Shown here: piece after piece, positions 56,304-64,000 of the stretch
How the letters are laid out: the number at the start of each line of letters is the position of its first letter
How positions within the stretch are numbered: position 1 is the first letter of the stretch
From: Candidatus Faecousia excrementipullorum
Lineage (GTDB): Bacteria; Bacillota; Clostridia; Oscillospirales; Oscillospiraceae
Reading direction: 5' to 3'
DNA: 64,000 nucleotides
Assembly (NCBI GenBank): GCA_018712825.1
Contig: DVGG01000056.1
Span: forward strand, 4,423-68,422
Notes under the pieces: model-generated
What the model was told of the DNA's origin: nothing
What the model saw: only the letters and a program-made list of their open reading frames with translations
The model's database searches: none
Made by a program: the position numbers and the translations under genes

Positions 56304-56432
56304 ATGTATTCTATGCGGAATGTAAACGGTCATATTCAGGTGTACGACTACAAAGGTGCTTTTCTGTTCTCGGCAGACAGCGAACGGGAAGCCAGAGAGG
56401 AAATGGAGACCTATGCGGAATTTGCGTCTTGA
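56304..56432 (+). CDS. Possible 42-aa small protein overlapping the truA start
   Basis: ATG 56304 lies 8 nt after AAAGGAG. Sequence is MYSMRNVNGHIQVYDYKGAFLFSADSEREAREEMETYAEFAS. Its stop lies 20 nt inside truA. Confidence 0.4.
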   Translation: MYSMRNVNGHIQVYDYKGAFLFSADSEREAREEMETYAEFAS

Positions 56433-57147
56433 ACTTTGCTATGATGGGACACGCTACCGTGGCTGGCAGCGCTTGCCCGGTGTGGAGAATACCATCCAGG
56501 GTAAGCTGGAAAAGACCCTGTCCAGAATCCTGGAAGAGTCCATTGAGGTCATTGGCAGCGGACGAACGGACGCAGGTACCCATGCCTTGGGCCAGGTTGC
56601 CAACTTCCACTGCATAAACCGGATGCCCAGTGAGGAGATTCTGAGAAAACTGCGGGAATTTTTGCCGGAGGATATGGGCGTTTACACCTGCAAGGAGGTT
56701 TCACCCCGATTCCACGCCAGGCTGAATGCCCGGGAGAAGACCTATTGCTACCGCCTTTGGAACAGTGAAGAGCCCTGCGTGTTTCAGCGGCGCTATGTCT
56801 ATGGGGATTCCAGACCCTTGAATCTGGAGGCCATGGAGCAGGCGGCGGAGCATTTGGTTGGCACCCACGATTTTTCTGCATTCTGTGGTAATAAGAACCA
56901 GAAAAAATCCACTGTGCGTACCATTTATCGCATAGAAATTCTGCCCAAGGGCCATGAATTGCAATTTCTATTCACAGGTGACGGATTTTTGTACCATATG
57001 GTGCGGATTCTGGTGGGAACGCTGCTGGAAGTGGGCAGGGGAGAACGGGAACCGGAAACCATTTCTGCCCTGTTTGGAAAAAGACGGGAGCTTGCCGGTC
57101 AGACGGTGCCGGCCTGTGGCCTGTGCCTGATGGAGGTGAAATATTGA
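56413..57147 (+). CDS. truA: tRNA pseudouridine(38-40) synthase
   Basis: Start MRNLRLELCYDGTRYRGWQ. Catalytic GSGRTDAGTHA motif. Confidence 0.93.
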   Translation: MRNLRLELCYDGTRYRGWQRLPGVENTIQGKLEKTLSRILEESIEVIGSGRTDAGTHALGQVANFHCINRMPSEEILRKLREFLPEDMGVYTCKEVSPRFHARLNAREKTYCYRLWNSEEPCVFQRRYVYGDSRPLNLEAMEQAAEHLVGTHDFSAFCGNKNQKKSTVRTIYRIEILPKGHELQFLFTGDGFLYHMVRILVGTLLEVGRGEREPETISALFGKRRELAGQTVPACGLCLMEVKY

Positions 57148-57485
57148 ATATTCAGATATTTGGCAAAAGCAAATGCTTTGATACGAAAAAGGCGGAGCGA
57201 TATTTCAAGGAACGGCGCATAAAGTACCAGTATGTGGACCTTCTTCGCTACGGTTTATCCGGGAAGGAGTTTGATGCTGTTCTGCGGGGTGTGGGCGGCA
57301 TTGACAATCTGATTGACTGGGAAGGAAAAGCACCGGAGATTACCCTGATGCGTTATATGGATGACGCCAGGGCAAAGGAAGACAAGGTGTATGATAACCC
57401 GGCGCTGATGAAGACGCCAATTGTGCGCAACGGCAAAGCCGTAACTGTGGGCTATTGCCCGGAAATCTGGCAAAGTTGGGAATAA
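57144..57485 (+). CDS. ArsC/Spx/YffB-family thioredoxin-fold protein
   Basis: TTG 57144 lies 6 nt after GGAGGTG and overlaps the truA stop (ATATTGA). IQIFGKSKCFDTKKAERYF and PIVRNG motifs. Confidence 0.78.
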   Translation: MNIQIFGKSKCFDTKKAERYFKERRIKYQYVDLLRYGLSGKEFDAVLRGVGGIDNLIDWEGKAPEITLMRYMDDARAKEDKVYDNPALMKTPIVRNGKAVTVGYCPEIWQSWE

Positions 57486-57489
57486 TACC

Positions 57490-57522
57490 AAAGCAGTCTC
57501 CTGGAAGGGGGCTGCTTTTTTC
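57490..57522 (+). terminator. Intrinsic terminator
   Basis: AGCAGTCTCC / GGGGGCTGCT stem (two G-U pairs) followed by TTTTTT. Confidence 0.65.
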
Positions 57523-57583
57523 ATGCCTTGAATCGTTTTTTTCTTGCTTTATAAGGAAAATAGTGCTAATATGGGAGGAAGCC

Positions 57584-59083
57584 ATGACAAAACTCTTGGA
57601 AACCGTAAATCATTTTGTGTGGGGGATTCCGGCGCTGCTTTTGATTCTCTTTGTGGGAATCTGGCTGACCATCCGAATCGGTGCGCCCCAGGTCACTCTG
57701 TTTCCCAGAGCGCTGCAGGACTTTCTTCATCAATTTACCGGAAAACGTGCGGAAGACCCCAATCAGGTCTCCGGTTATCAGGCCCTTTGTACGGCGCTGG
57801 CTGCCACGGTTGGAACGGGAAACATCATCGGCGTGGCTGGCGCCATCTCCATCGGTGGACCGGGGGCGGTTTTCTGGATGTGGGTGTGTGCCTTTCTGGG
57901 CATGGCTACAAAATACGCGGAGGCCACATTGTCTGTTCGGTATCATGTGCGTAGCCAACGGGGAGAATGGTCCGGCGGACCCATGTATATGATGGAATTG
58001 GGACTGGGCAAAAAGTGGTTGGCAAAGGTCTATTGCATTTTTGGTGTGATTGCGGCCTTCGGCGTGGGTAATGTCACCCAGATCCGGGCGATTATTGACA
58101 GCATCGACGGTGCGGTAAAACATCTGGGAATCACACCTTTTGACCACATGAATCTGGTAGTAGCGGCCATTCTGGCGCTTTTGCTGGGAATCATGCTGAT
58201 GGGCGGAGCTGTGGGCATCGGAAAGGTTGCCCAGCGGCTGGTTCCCTTTGCCGCAGCTGCCTACATTCTTCTTTGCGTGGCGTTTCTGGTTATCAGAATC
58301 CGGGTGTTGCCTGAGGTTCTGTACCGGATTGTGGCAGGTGCCTTTACACCCCAGGCAGTTACCGGTGGCATGATTGGCTCTTTCTTTCAGGCTTTGCGGA
58401 TAGGCGCTTCCCGGGGTGTGTTTACCAATGAGGCTGGTATGGGAACCGCCGCCATTGCCCACGGCGGTGCCGATGTTTCCCATCCGGCAAGACAAGGTCT
58501 TATGGGCATTATGGAGGTGTTTATCGACACCATTGTGATTTGCTCCATGACAGCCCTTGTGATTCTTTCCAGTGGAATTTCCATTGATTTCGGGAAAGAT
58601 TTGGGCGCGTATCTTACCGGGCAGGCTTTCAGCACGGTTTACGGAGGCTGGGTGCATATTTTTCTTGCAGCAGCTCTGTGCGCCTTTGGCATTGCAACAG
58701 TATTGGGATGGGGACTTTATGGTGCCCGCTGTGCCCAGTACCTGTTTGGTGATGACTTCTGGGAGCCTTTTGTGTTGATTCAGGTGGTCTTTGTGGTGCT
58801 GGGCGGTGCCATGCAGACCGATTGTGTTTGGCTGCTGGCAGAAACGGTCAATGGCCTGATGGCGATTCCCAATCTGGTGACGCTGATTTGCCTCACCCCT
58901 GAGTTACGCAGAATTACCGATACATTTCGATTTTCACAGGGCGGCACTGCCGCCCAGGGAGGTACTTATGAAAATATCCATCAACGCAAATCGCTGCGAA
59001 CCGTCCCCCATGCGAAAATTCCATCCCCTGGCGGTCAAAGCGGAAAAGCAGGGAAAGAAAATCTATCATCTGAACATCGGTGA
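57584..59083 (+). CDS. Alanine/glycine:cation symporter (AGCS family)
   Basis: Start MTKLLETVNHFVWGIP after GGGAGGA. SGYQALCTALAATVGTGNIIGVA and FTNEAGMGTAAIAHG motifs. An unusually long C-terminal tail overlaps the next gene. Confidence 0.88.
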   Translation: MTKLLETVNHFVWGIPALLLILFVGIWLTIRIGAPQVTLFPRALQDFLHQFTGKRAEDPNQVSGYQALCTALAATVGTGNIIGVAGAISIGGPGAVFWMWVCAFLGMATKYAEATLSVRYHVRSQRGEWSGGPMYMMELGLGKKWLAKVYCIFGVIAAFGVGNVTQIRAIIDSIDGAVKHLGITPFDHMNLVVAAILALLLGIMLMGGAVGIGKVAQRLVPFAAAAYILLCVAFLVIRIRVLPEVLYRIVAGAFTPQAVTGGMIGSFFQALRIGASRGVFTNEAGMGTAAIAHGGADVSHPARQGLMGIMEVFIDTIVICSMTALVILSSGISIDFGKDLGAYLTGQAFSTVYGGWVHIFLAAALCAFGIATVLGWGLYGARCAQYLFGDDFWEPFVLIQVVFVVLGGAMQTDCVWLLAETVNGLMAIPNLVTLICLTPELRRITDTFRFSQGGTAAQGGTYENIHQRKSLRTVPHAKIPSPGGQSGKAGKENLSSEHR

Positions 59084-60173
59084 GCCGGATTTGCTTACCC
59101 CCCAGGCTTTTTTTGAGGCCGTACAGAAGGTAAACAACACCACTTTGACTTATGCAGCATCCCCTGGAATGTCCGGCCTGATTGAGGCCATTCAGGGCTA
59201 CTATAAGAAGCTGGGGGTGGATCTGGAGCCGGATGATATTCTCATCACCAGCGGCGGCAGCGAGGCACTGCTTCTGACTTACCTGTCCATCCTGGACCCC
59301 TATACGGAGGTCATTATTCCTGAGCCTTACTACCCCAACTATACTACCTTTGTCCATGCGGCAGGCGGCGTAATCCGCGCTCTGCATACCGGCCCGGAGG
59401 AAGGATACCGCTATGCCAATAAAAAGCGCATTGAAAGCCTGATTACCAAAAATACCCGGGCGATTATGATTACCAATCCGGGGAATCCTACCGGTGTGGT
59501 GTTGGATGAGCAGGAAATGCGGATGATTGCGGATATTGCCAAGAAGAACGACCTGTTCTTAGTGTGTGATGAGGTGTACCGTGAATTCTGCTACGACGAC
59601 AAGTACGGTGTACCCTGTATGGCCAGATTCCGGGACATTGACGACAATCTGGTGATTATTGATTCCGTATCCAAGCGCTTTTCCGCCTGCGGCGCCAGAG
59701 TGGGCTGCGTGATTACGAAGAACAAGGAATTGCAGCAGGCAATTCTGAAATTCTGCCAGTCCAGACTCTCTGTGGCAACTCTGGATCAGCTGGGTGCTGC
59801 CGCGCTGTACTCCGTGGAGCCGGCGTATTTCAAGGAGTGCAAGGAAATCTACCGCCGAAGAAGAGACACGGTGGTCAGCTGTCTGCGGAAGATTCCCGGG
59901 GTAAAGGTGGAAATGCCCATGGGTGCTTTCTATGTGATGGCAACCCTGCCGGTGGATGATGCGGACAAATTCCAGCACTGGCTGCTGCAATCCTTTGATG
60001 ACAACGGGGACACGGTGATGTTTGCCCCGGGTGCGCCCTTCTACGAGACTCCCGGTAAGGGCATTGATGAGGTGCGGATTGCCTATGTCCGGGACGAGAA
60101 GGAGCTGGAACGGGCCATCGAAATTCTGGCGGCAGGAATTGCCCGCTACCGGAAGGAAGTCATGGGGGAATAA
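58968..60173 (+). CDS. Class I pyridoxal-phosphate-dependent aminotransferase (aspartate/aromatic type)
   Basis: SPMRKF, HLNIGEPDL, NPGNPTG, and the PLP lysine in SVSKRFSACGARVG. RBS GGGAGG lies 6 nt upstream. Confidence 0.9.
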   Translation: MKISINANRCEPSPMRKFHPLAVKAEKQGKKIYHLNIGEPDLLTPQAFFEAVQKVNNTTLTYAASPGMSGLIEAIQGYYKKLGVDLEPDDILITSGGSEALLLTYLSILDPYTEVIIPEPYYPNYTTFVHAAGGVIRALHTGPEEGYRYANKKRIESLITKNTRAIMITNPGNPTGVVLDEQEMRMIADIAKKNDLFLVCDEVYREFCYDDKYGVPCMARFRDIDDNLVIIDSVSKRFSACGARVGCVITKNKELQQAILKFCQSRLSVATLDQLGAAALYSVEPAYFKECKEIYRRRRDTVVSCLRKIPGVKVEMPMGAFYVMATLPVDDADKFQHWLLQSFDDNGDTVMFAPGAPFYETPGKGIDEVRIAYVRDEKELERAIEILAAGIARYRKEVMGE

Positions 60174-60195
60174 TCCGGGAAAAACCATCAAAATC

Positions 60196-60225
60196 TTGAC
60201 AATCCCCGGATGATGATGGTAAAAT
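60196..60225 (+). promoter_or_regulatory. Sigma-A promoter of the cysS leader
   Basis: TTGACA-18 nt-TAAAAT, with TGg forming an extended -10. Confidence 0.55.
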
Positions 60226-60231
60226 AGCGTC

Positions 60232-60431
60232 AACTGAATATCGTGTAGATGGGGAAGAGTACCAAAGAAAATCTGCTTTCAGAGAGCACGGGCCATTGGC
60301 TGGAAGCCTGTGCAGCTGACGTTTGGGAAAGTGCGCCCCGGAGCGAATATCTATAAAAAGTTACAAATGAGAGTGGAACCGCGAGCGTAACAACCCGCCT
60401 CTTAACCCATACGGGCTAAGAGGCGTTTTTT
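60232..60431 (+). promoter_or_regulatory. T-box leader (cysteine specifier UGC)
   Basis: AGAGAG bulge. UGC at 60332-60334 sits immediately before the Stem I closing CCCC strand. T-box AATGAGAGTGGAACCGCGAG (60366-60385). Terminator GCCTCTTA.../...TAAGAGGC plus T6. Confidence 0.88.
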
Positions 60432-60456
60432 ATAACAATACCATGGAGGAATGTTT

Positions 60457-61872
60457 ATGTATCTATACAATTCTTTGTCTCACAAAAAGGAACTGTTTAC
60501 CCCCAATTCTTCTGATGTGGTAAAAATGTATACCTGCGGCCCTACGGTATACCATTTTGCCCACATTGGCAACCTGAGAACCTACATCATGGAGGATGTG
60601 CTGGAGAAGGCCCTGCGTTATGAGGGGTATCCTGTCAAGCGTGTCATGAATATCACCGATGTGGGCCACCTGGCTTCCGATGCGGATACCGGCGAGGATA
60701 AGATGCTCAAAGGCGCCAAGCGGGAGCACAAGTCCGTGATGGAGATTGCAAAGTATTATACCGATGCCTTCTTTGCGGACTGCGACAAGCTGAATATCAA
60801 GCGCCCGGATGTGGTCCAGCCGGCTACCGGCTGCATCCCGGAGTTTATCAACATGGTTTCCGGCCTGCTGGATAAGGGTTTTGCTTATGTAGCCGGGGGA
60901 AATGTGTACTTTGATACCTCCAAGCTGGAAAAGTACTATGTTTTCAATGACCACAACGAGGATGACCTGGCTGTGGGCGTCCGGGAAGGGGTGGAGGAAG
61001 ACCCCAACAAGCGGAACAAGAATGACTTTGTTCTCTGGTTTACCAAGAGCAAGTTTGAAGACCAGGCCCTTAAGTGGGACTCTCCCTGGGGCGTGGGCTA
61101 TCCCGGCTGGCATATCGAGTGCTCCGGCATTTCCATGAAATATCTGGGAGAGGATCTGGATATTCACTGCGGCGGCATTGATAACGCATTTCCCCACCAC
61201 ACCAACGAGATTGCCCAGTCGGAAAGCTACCTGGGTCACAAGTGGTGCAACTACTGGTTCCATGTCCACCACCTGAACACCGACACCGGTAAAATGTCCA
61301 AGTCCAAGGGAGAATTTCTGACGGTCAGCCTGCTGGAAAGCAAGGGCTATTCTCCCATGGCTTACCGCCTGTTCTGCCTCCAGAGCCACTACCGGAGAAA
61401 TCTGGTATTCAGCTGGGAGAATCTGGACAATGCCCAGACCGCCTATGACAAGCTGATTGCCAGAATTGCGGCACTGCAGGATGACGGAACCGTGGATACG
61501 GCAGTTTTTGATAAGCTGAAGGAGCGGTTTGTGGGTGCTCTGAACGGAGATCTCAATACCTCTTTGGCGGTTACCGCTGTGTATGATGTACTAAAGGAAA
61601 AGACCAACGACGGCACCAAGCTTGCCGCTCTCCGGGATTTTGATAGGGTTCTGAGCCTGAACCTTCTGGAGGCTGCCCAGCAGCTGCAAGAAAAGCAGAA
61701 GCAGGAGGCGGAGGCCTCTGCCGACCCGGAGATTGACGCTCTGGTTGCCCGCCGGACGGCTGCCAAAAAGGAGCGCAATTTTGCCGAGGCAGACCGGATT
61801 CGGGATGAGTTGAAAGCAATGGGCGTTGAGATTATTGACACCCCCCAGGGTACGAAGTGGAGAAAGGCATGA
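60457..61872 (+). CDS. cysS: Cysteine--tRNA ligase
   Basis: ATG 60457 lies 6 nt after GGAGGA (MYLYNSLSHKKELF). HFAHIGN (HIGH), GWHIECS zinc site, KMSKSKG. Confidence 0.95.
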   Translation: MYLYNSLSHKKELFTPNSSDVVKMYTCGPTVYHFAHIGNLRTYIMEDVLEKALRYEGYPVKRVMNITDVGHLASDADTGEDKMLKGAKREHKSVMEIAKYYTDAFFADCDKLNIKRPDVVQPATGCIPEFINMVSGLLDKGFAYVAGGNVYFDTSKLEKYYVFNDHNEDDLAVGVREGVEEDPNKRNKNDFVLWFTKSKFEDQALKWDSPWGVGYPGWHIECSGISMKYLGEDLDIHCGGIDNAFPHHTNEIAQSESYLGHKWCNYWFHVHHLNTDTGKMSKSKGEFLTVSLLESKGYSPMAYRLFCLQSHYRRNLVFSWENLDNAQTAYDKLIARIAALQDDGTVDTAVFDKLKERFVGALNGDLNTSLAVTAVYDVLKEKTNDGTKLAALRDFDRVLSLNLLEAAQQLQEKQKQEAEASADPEIDALVARRTAAKKERNFAEADRIRDELKAMGVEIIDTPQGTKWRKA

Positions 61873-64000
61873 AGCTGCTGATTTTGGATGGCAACAGTGT
61901 CATCAACCGGGCGTTTTACGGGGTGAAGCCCCTGACCAACCGGGAGGGGCTGTATACCAACGCCATTTATGGATTTTTGAACATTCTGGAAAAGGTGGAG
62001 CGGGAGGAGATGCCGGAGGCGGTCTGCGTGGCCTTTGACCTCCACGGCCCCACCTTCCGGCATCAGCGGTATGAGGGCTACAAGGCTACCCGCCATGGAA
62101 TGCCGGAAGAACTGGCTCAGCAGATGCCTGTCATGAAGCAGGTGCTCGCTGCCATGAATATTCCCATTTACCAGTGCCAGGGTTGGGAAGCAGACGATGT
62201 GATTGGCACTGTGGGAAAAATCTGCGGAAACAATGATTGGGACTGTGTGGTTGTCACCGGAGACCGGGACAGCCTGCAGCTGATTGATGACCATGTGCAG
62301 ATCAAGCTGGTGGTAACCAAGGGCGGTCAAACCACCTCTACCTTGTATGACCGGGATAAATTTTTGGAGGAGTATGGCTTTGAGCCCAAAAAGCTCATTG
62401 ATCTCAAATCCCTTATGGGTGACAGCTCCGACAATATCCCCGGCGTTGCCGGGGTAGGCCCCAAAACTGCCACGGAGCTTTTGCAGAAATTCGGCTCTCT
62501 GGACGGGGTGTATGCCAATCTGGTGGACCCTTCCATCCGCCCCAAGCTGCGGGAAAAGCTGGAAAAGGACCGGGAAAATGCCTATCTTTCCTATGAGCTG
62601 GCTACCATAATCCCGGAGGCGCCTATTGATTTTGCCCCCATGGATGCGGTGATTCGTCCCTATAACCGTCAGGAGCTTTACAAGCTGTTTGTCAAGCTGG
62701 AATTTGTCCGTCTGATTGACAAGTATGGCCTTTCCGGCTGTAACCAGGAGGAAAACCAGGTGACGCAGACAGTCAAGTGCCTGCCGGAAACCCAGGAGCT
62801 GCCCCAAAGCTGTCCCAGATTTTCTCTGTATATTGCGCCCGACGGTTCCCTGGCTGCCGCCTGGGAAGGTGGGGTGTGTACGGTGACTCCCATGGAAGCG
62901 GCCCGGTTTGGTGAATTTCTCCGACAGGGAAAAGAGATTCTGTGCCATGACCTGAAGTCGGTTCTGCATAGACTGGACGACCTGGGCCTGCCCCAGGGCA
63001 CCTTTGCCTTTGATACGGCCCTGGCTGCCTATGATTTGAACCCCTCCCAGTCCGAGTATCCGGTTTCCAAGTTGGCTACCAATTTTCTGGGGATGGATGT
63101 GAGCGATGAAGATGCTGCCGGCTGTGCCCAGGCCATCTACTTCCTGGCACCCGTCCTGGAAAAAGAACTGGAAAAACAGGATATGCTTTCTTTGTACCGG
63201 GATATGGAATTTCCTCTGTGTACGGTACTCTACAATATGGAAAAGACCGGTGTTGCCATTGACCGGGAGCAGCTGGAACAGTTTGGCACCATGCTGGCGG
63301 AGCGAATTTCCCAGTGTGAAGAAACAATCTTTGCCTATGCGGAAGAGCCCTTCAACATTAACTCCACCAAGCAGTTGGGTGAAGTGCTGTTTGACCGGCT
63401 GGGACTGCCCCCGGTGAAGAAAACCAAGACCGGCTACTCCACCAATGCAGAGGTGCTGGAAAAGCTGAAGCACAAGCATCCCATTATCCCTGCTATTATG
63501 GACTACCGGATGCTTACCAAGCTGAAATCCACCTACGCCGATGGTCTCATGAAGGTAATCGGGGAGGACGGTCGGATTCACACCACCTTCCAGAATCTGG
63601 TGACGGCTACAGGGCGGCTTTCTTCCACGGAGCCGAATCTGCAGAACATCCCGGTTCGGACAGATTTGGGTGCGGAAATCCGGAAAATGTTTATCCCCAA
63701 GGAAGGCTGCGTGTTGGTGGATGCGGATTACAGCCAGATTGAGCTGCGGGTGCTTGCCCACATTGCCCAGGATGAGCGGATGGAAAAGGCTTTCCGGGAG
63801 GGAATGGACATTCACACCGTCACCGCAAGTCAGGTATTTTCTGTGCCGCCGGAGGAGGTAACCTCTTTGCAGCGCAGACACGCCAAGGCGGTAAACTTTG
63901 GCATCGTGTACGGCATTTCCGAGTTTTCCCTGGCAGAGGATATCGGCGTCAGTCGGTATGAAGCCCGGGCCTATATCGACAGCTATCTGACCAATTACAG
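61869..64000 (+). CDS. polA: DNA polymerase I (3' end outside window)
   Basis: ATGA overlap with the cysS stop. 5'-nuclease domain (LILDGNSVINRAFY, GDSSDNIPGVAGVGPKTA). Polymerase motifs TGRLSSTEPNLQNIP, DYSQIELRVLAH and AKAVNFGIVYG. The frame is open to the window end, so it is absent from the ORF track. Confidence 0.95.
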   Translation, partial: MKLLILDGNSVINRAFYGVKPLTNREGLYTNAIYGFLNILEKVEREEMPEAVCVAFDLHGPTFRHQRYEGYKATRHGMPEELAQQMPVMKQVLAAMNIPIYQCQGWEADDVIGTVGKICGNNDWDCVVVTGDRDSLQLIDDHVQIKLVVTKGGQTTSTLYDRDKFLEEYGFEPKKLIDLKSLMGDSSDNIPGVAGVGPKTATELLQKFGSLDGVYANLVDPSIRPKLREKLEKDRENAYLSYELATIIPEAPIDFAPMDAVIRPYNRQELYKLFVKLEFVRLIDKYGLSGCNQEENQVTQTVKCLPETQELPQSCPRFSLYIAPDGSLAAAWEGGVCTVTPMEAARFGEFLRQGKEILCHDLKSVLHRLDDLGLPQGTFAFDTALAAYDLNPSQSEYPVSKLATNFLGMDVSDEDAAGCAQAIYFLAPVLEKELEKQDMLSLYRDMEFPLCTVLYNMEKTGVAIDREQLEQFGTMLAERISQCEETIFAYAEEPFNINSTKQLGEVLFDRLGLPPVKKTKTGYSTNAEVLEKLKHKHPIIPAIMDYRMLTKLKSTYADGLMKVIGEDGRIHTTFQNLVTATGRLSSTEPNLQNIPVRTDLGAEIRKMFIPKEGCVLVDADYSQIELRVLAHIAQDERMEKAFREGMDIHTVTASQVFSVPPEEVTSLQRRHAKAVNFGIVYGISEFSLAEDIGVSRYEARAYIDSYLTNY

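Noticed and set aside
61443-63881. 812-aa minus-strand ORF, the only long ORF listed for this region.
   Set aside because: The plus strand is open from ATG 61869 to the window end and encodes DNA polymerase I. It is missing from the track only because it has no stop inside the window. The minus ORF is its shadow.

Overview
This window reads as a core chromosomal segment of a moderately GC-rich, spore-forming Firmicute. An Oscillospiraceae/Ruminococcaceae-like member of the Clostridia is my guess from protein motifs and gene order only; no search was run.

About 60 protein genes are supported, and most are housekeeping:
- Cell wall: murC, ddl, murB, a VanW protein, spoIID.
- Translation: gltX, trpS, tyrS, cysS, pth, prmC, truA, rimO.
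- DNA metabolism: mfd, dnaE, recA, recX, and the 5' part of polA.
- Other: prs, glyA, pgsA, whiA, transporters, and one lipoprotein-response regulator-kinase operon.

RNA features I can support from sequence:
- tRNA-Gly(GCC) and tRNA-Ala(CGC).
- T-box leaders in front of tyrS and cysS.
- A singlet glycine riboswitch in front of glyA.
- A yybP-ykoY (Mn2+)-like leader in front of a CaCA-type antiporter.
- Many intrinsic terminators and several near-consensus sigma-A promoters.

I saw no transposase, integrase, prophage genes or CRISPR array.

The least explained parts, in rough order of interest:
1. A self-contained pair of orphan zinc-ribbon proteins directly downstream of tRNA-Ala (19396-21853).
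2. A translationally coupled trio of small low-complexity proteins with a sigma-K-like promoter (16018-17027).
3. An AT-rich control region carrying repeated ATGAATAT half-sites in front of an amino-acid ABC operon (5581-5899).
4. The unusual pairings of a glycine riboswitch with glyA and a Mn-type leader with a CaCA antiporter.

All product names come from motif recognition by eye. Start codons were refined using RBS spacing. The many long ORFs antisense to real genes are treated as shadows.
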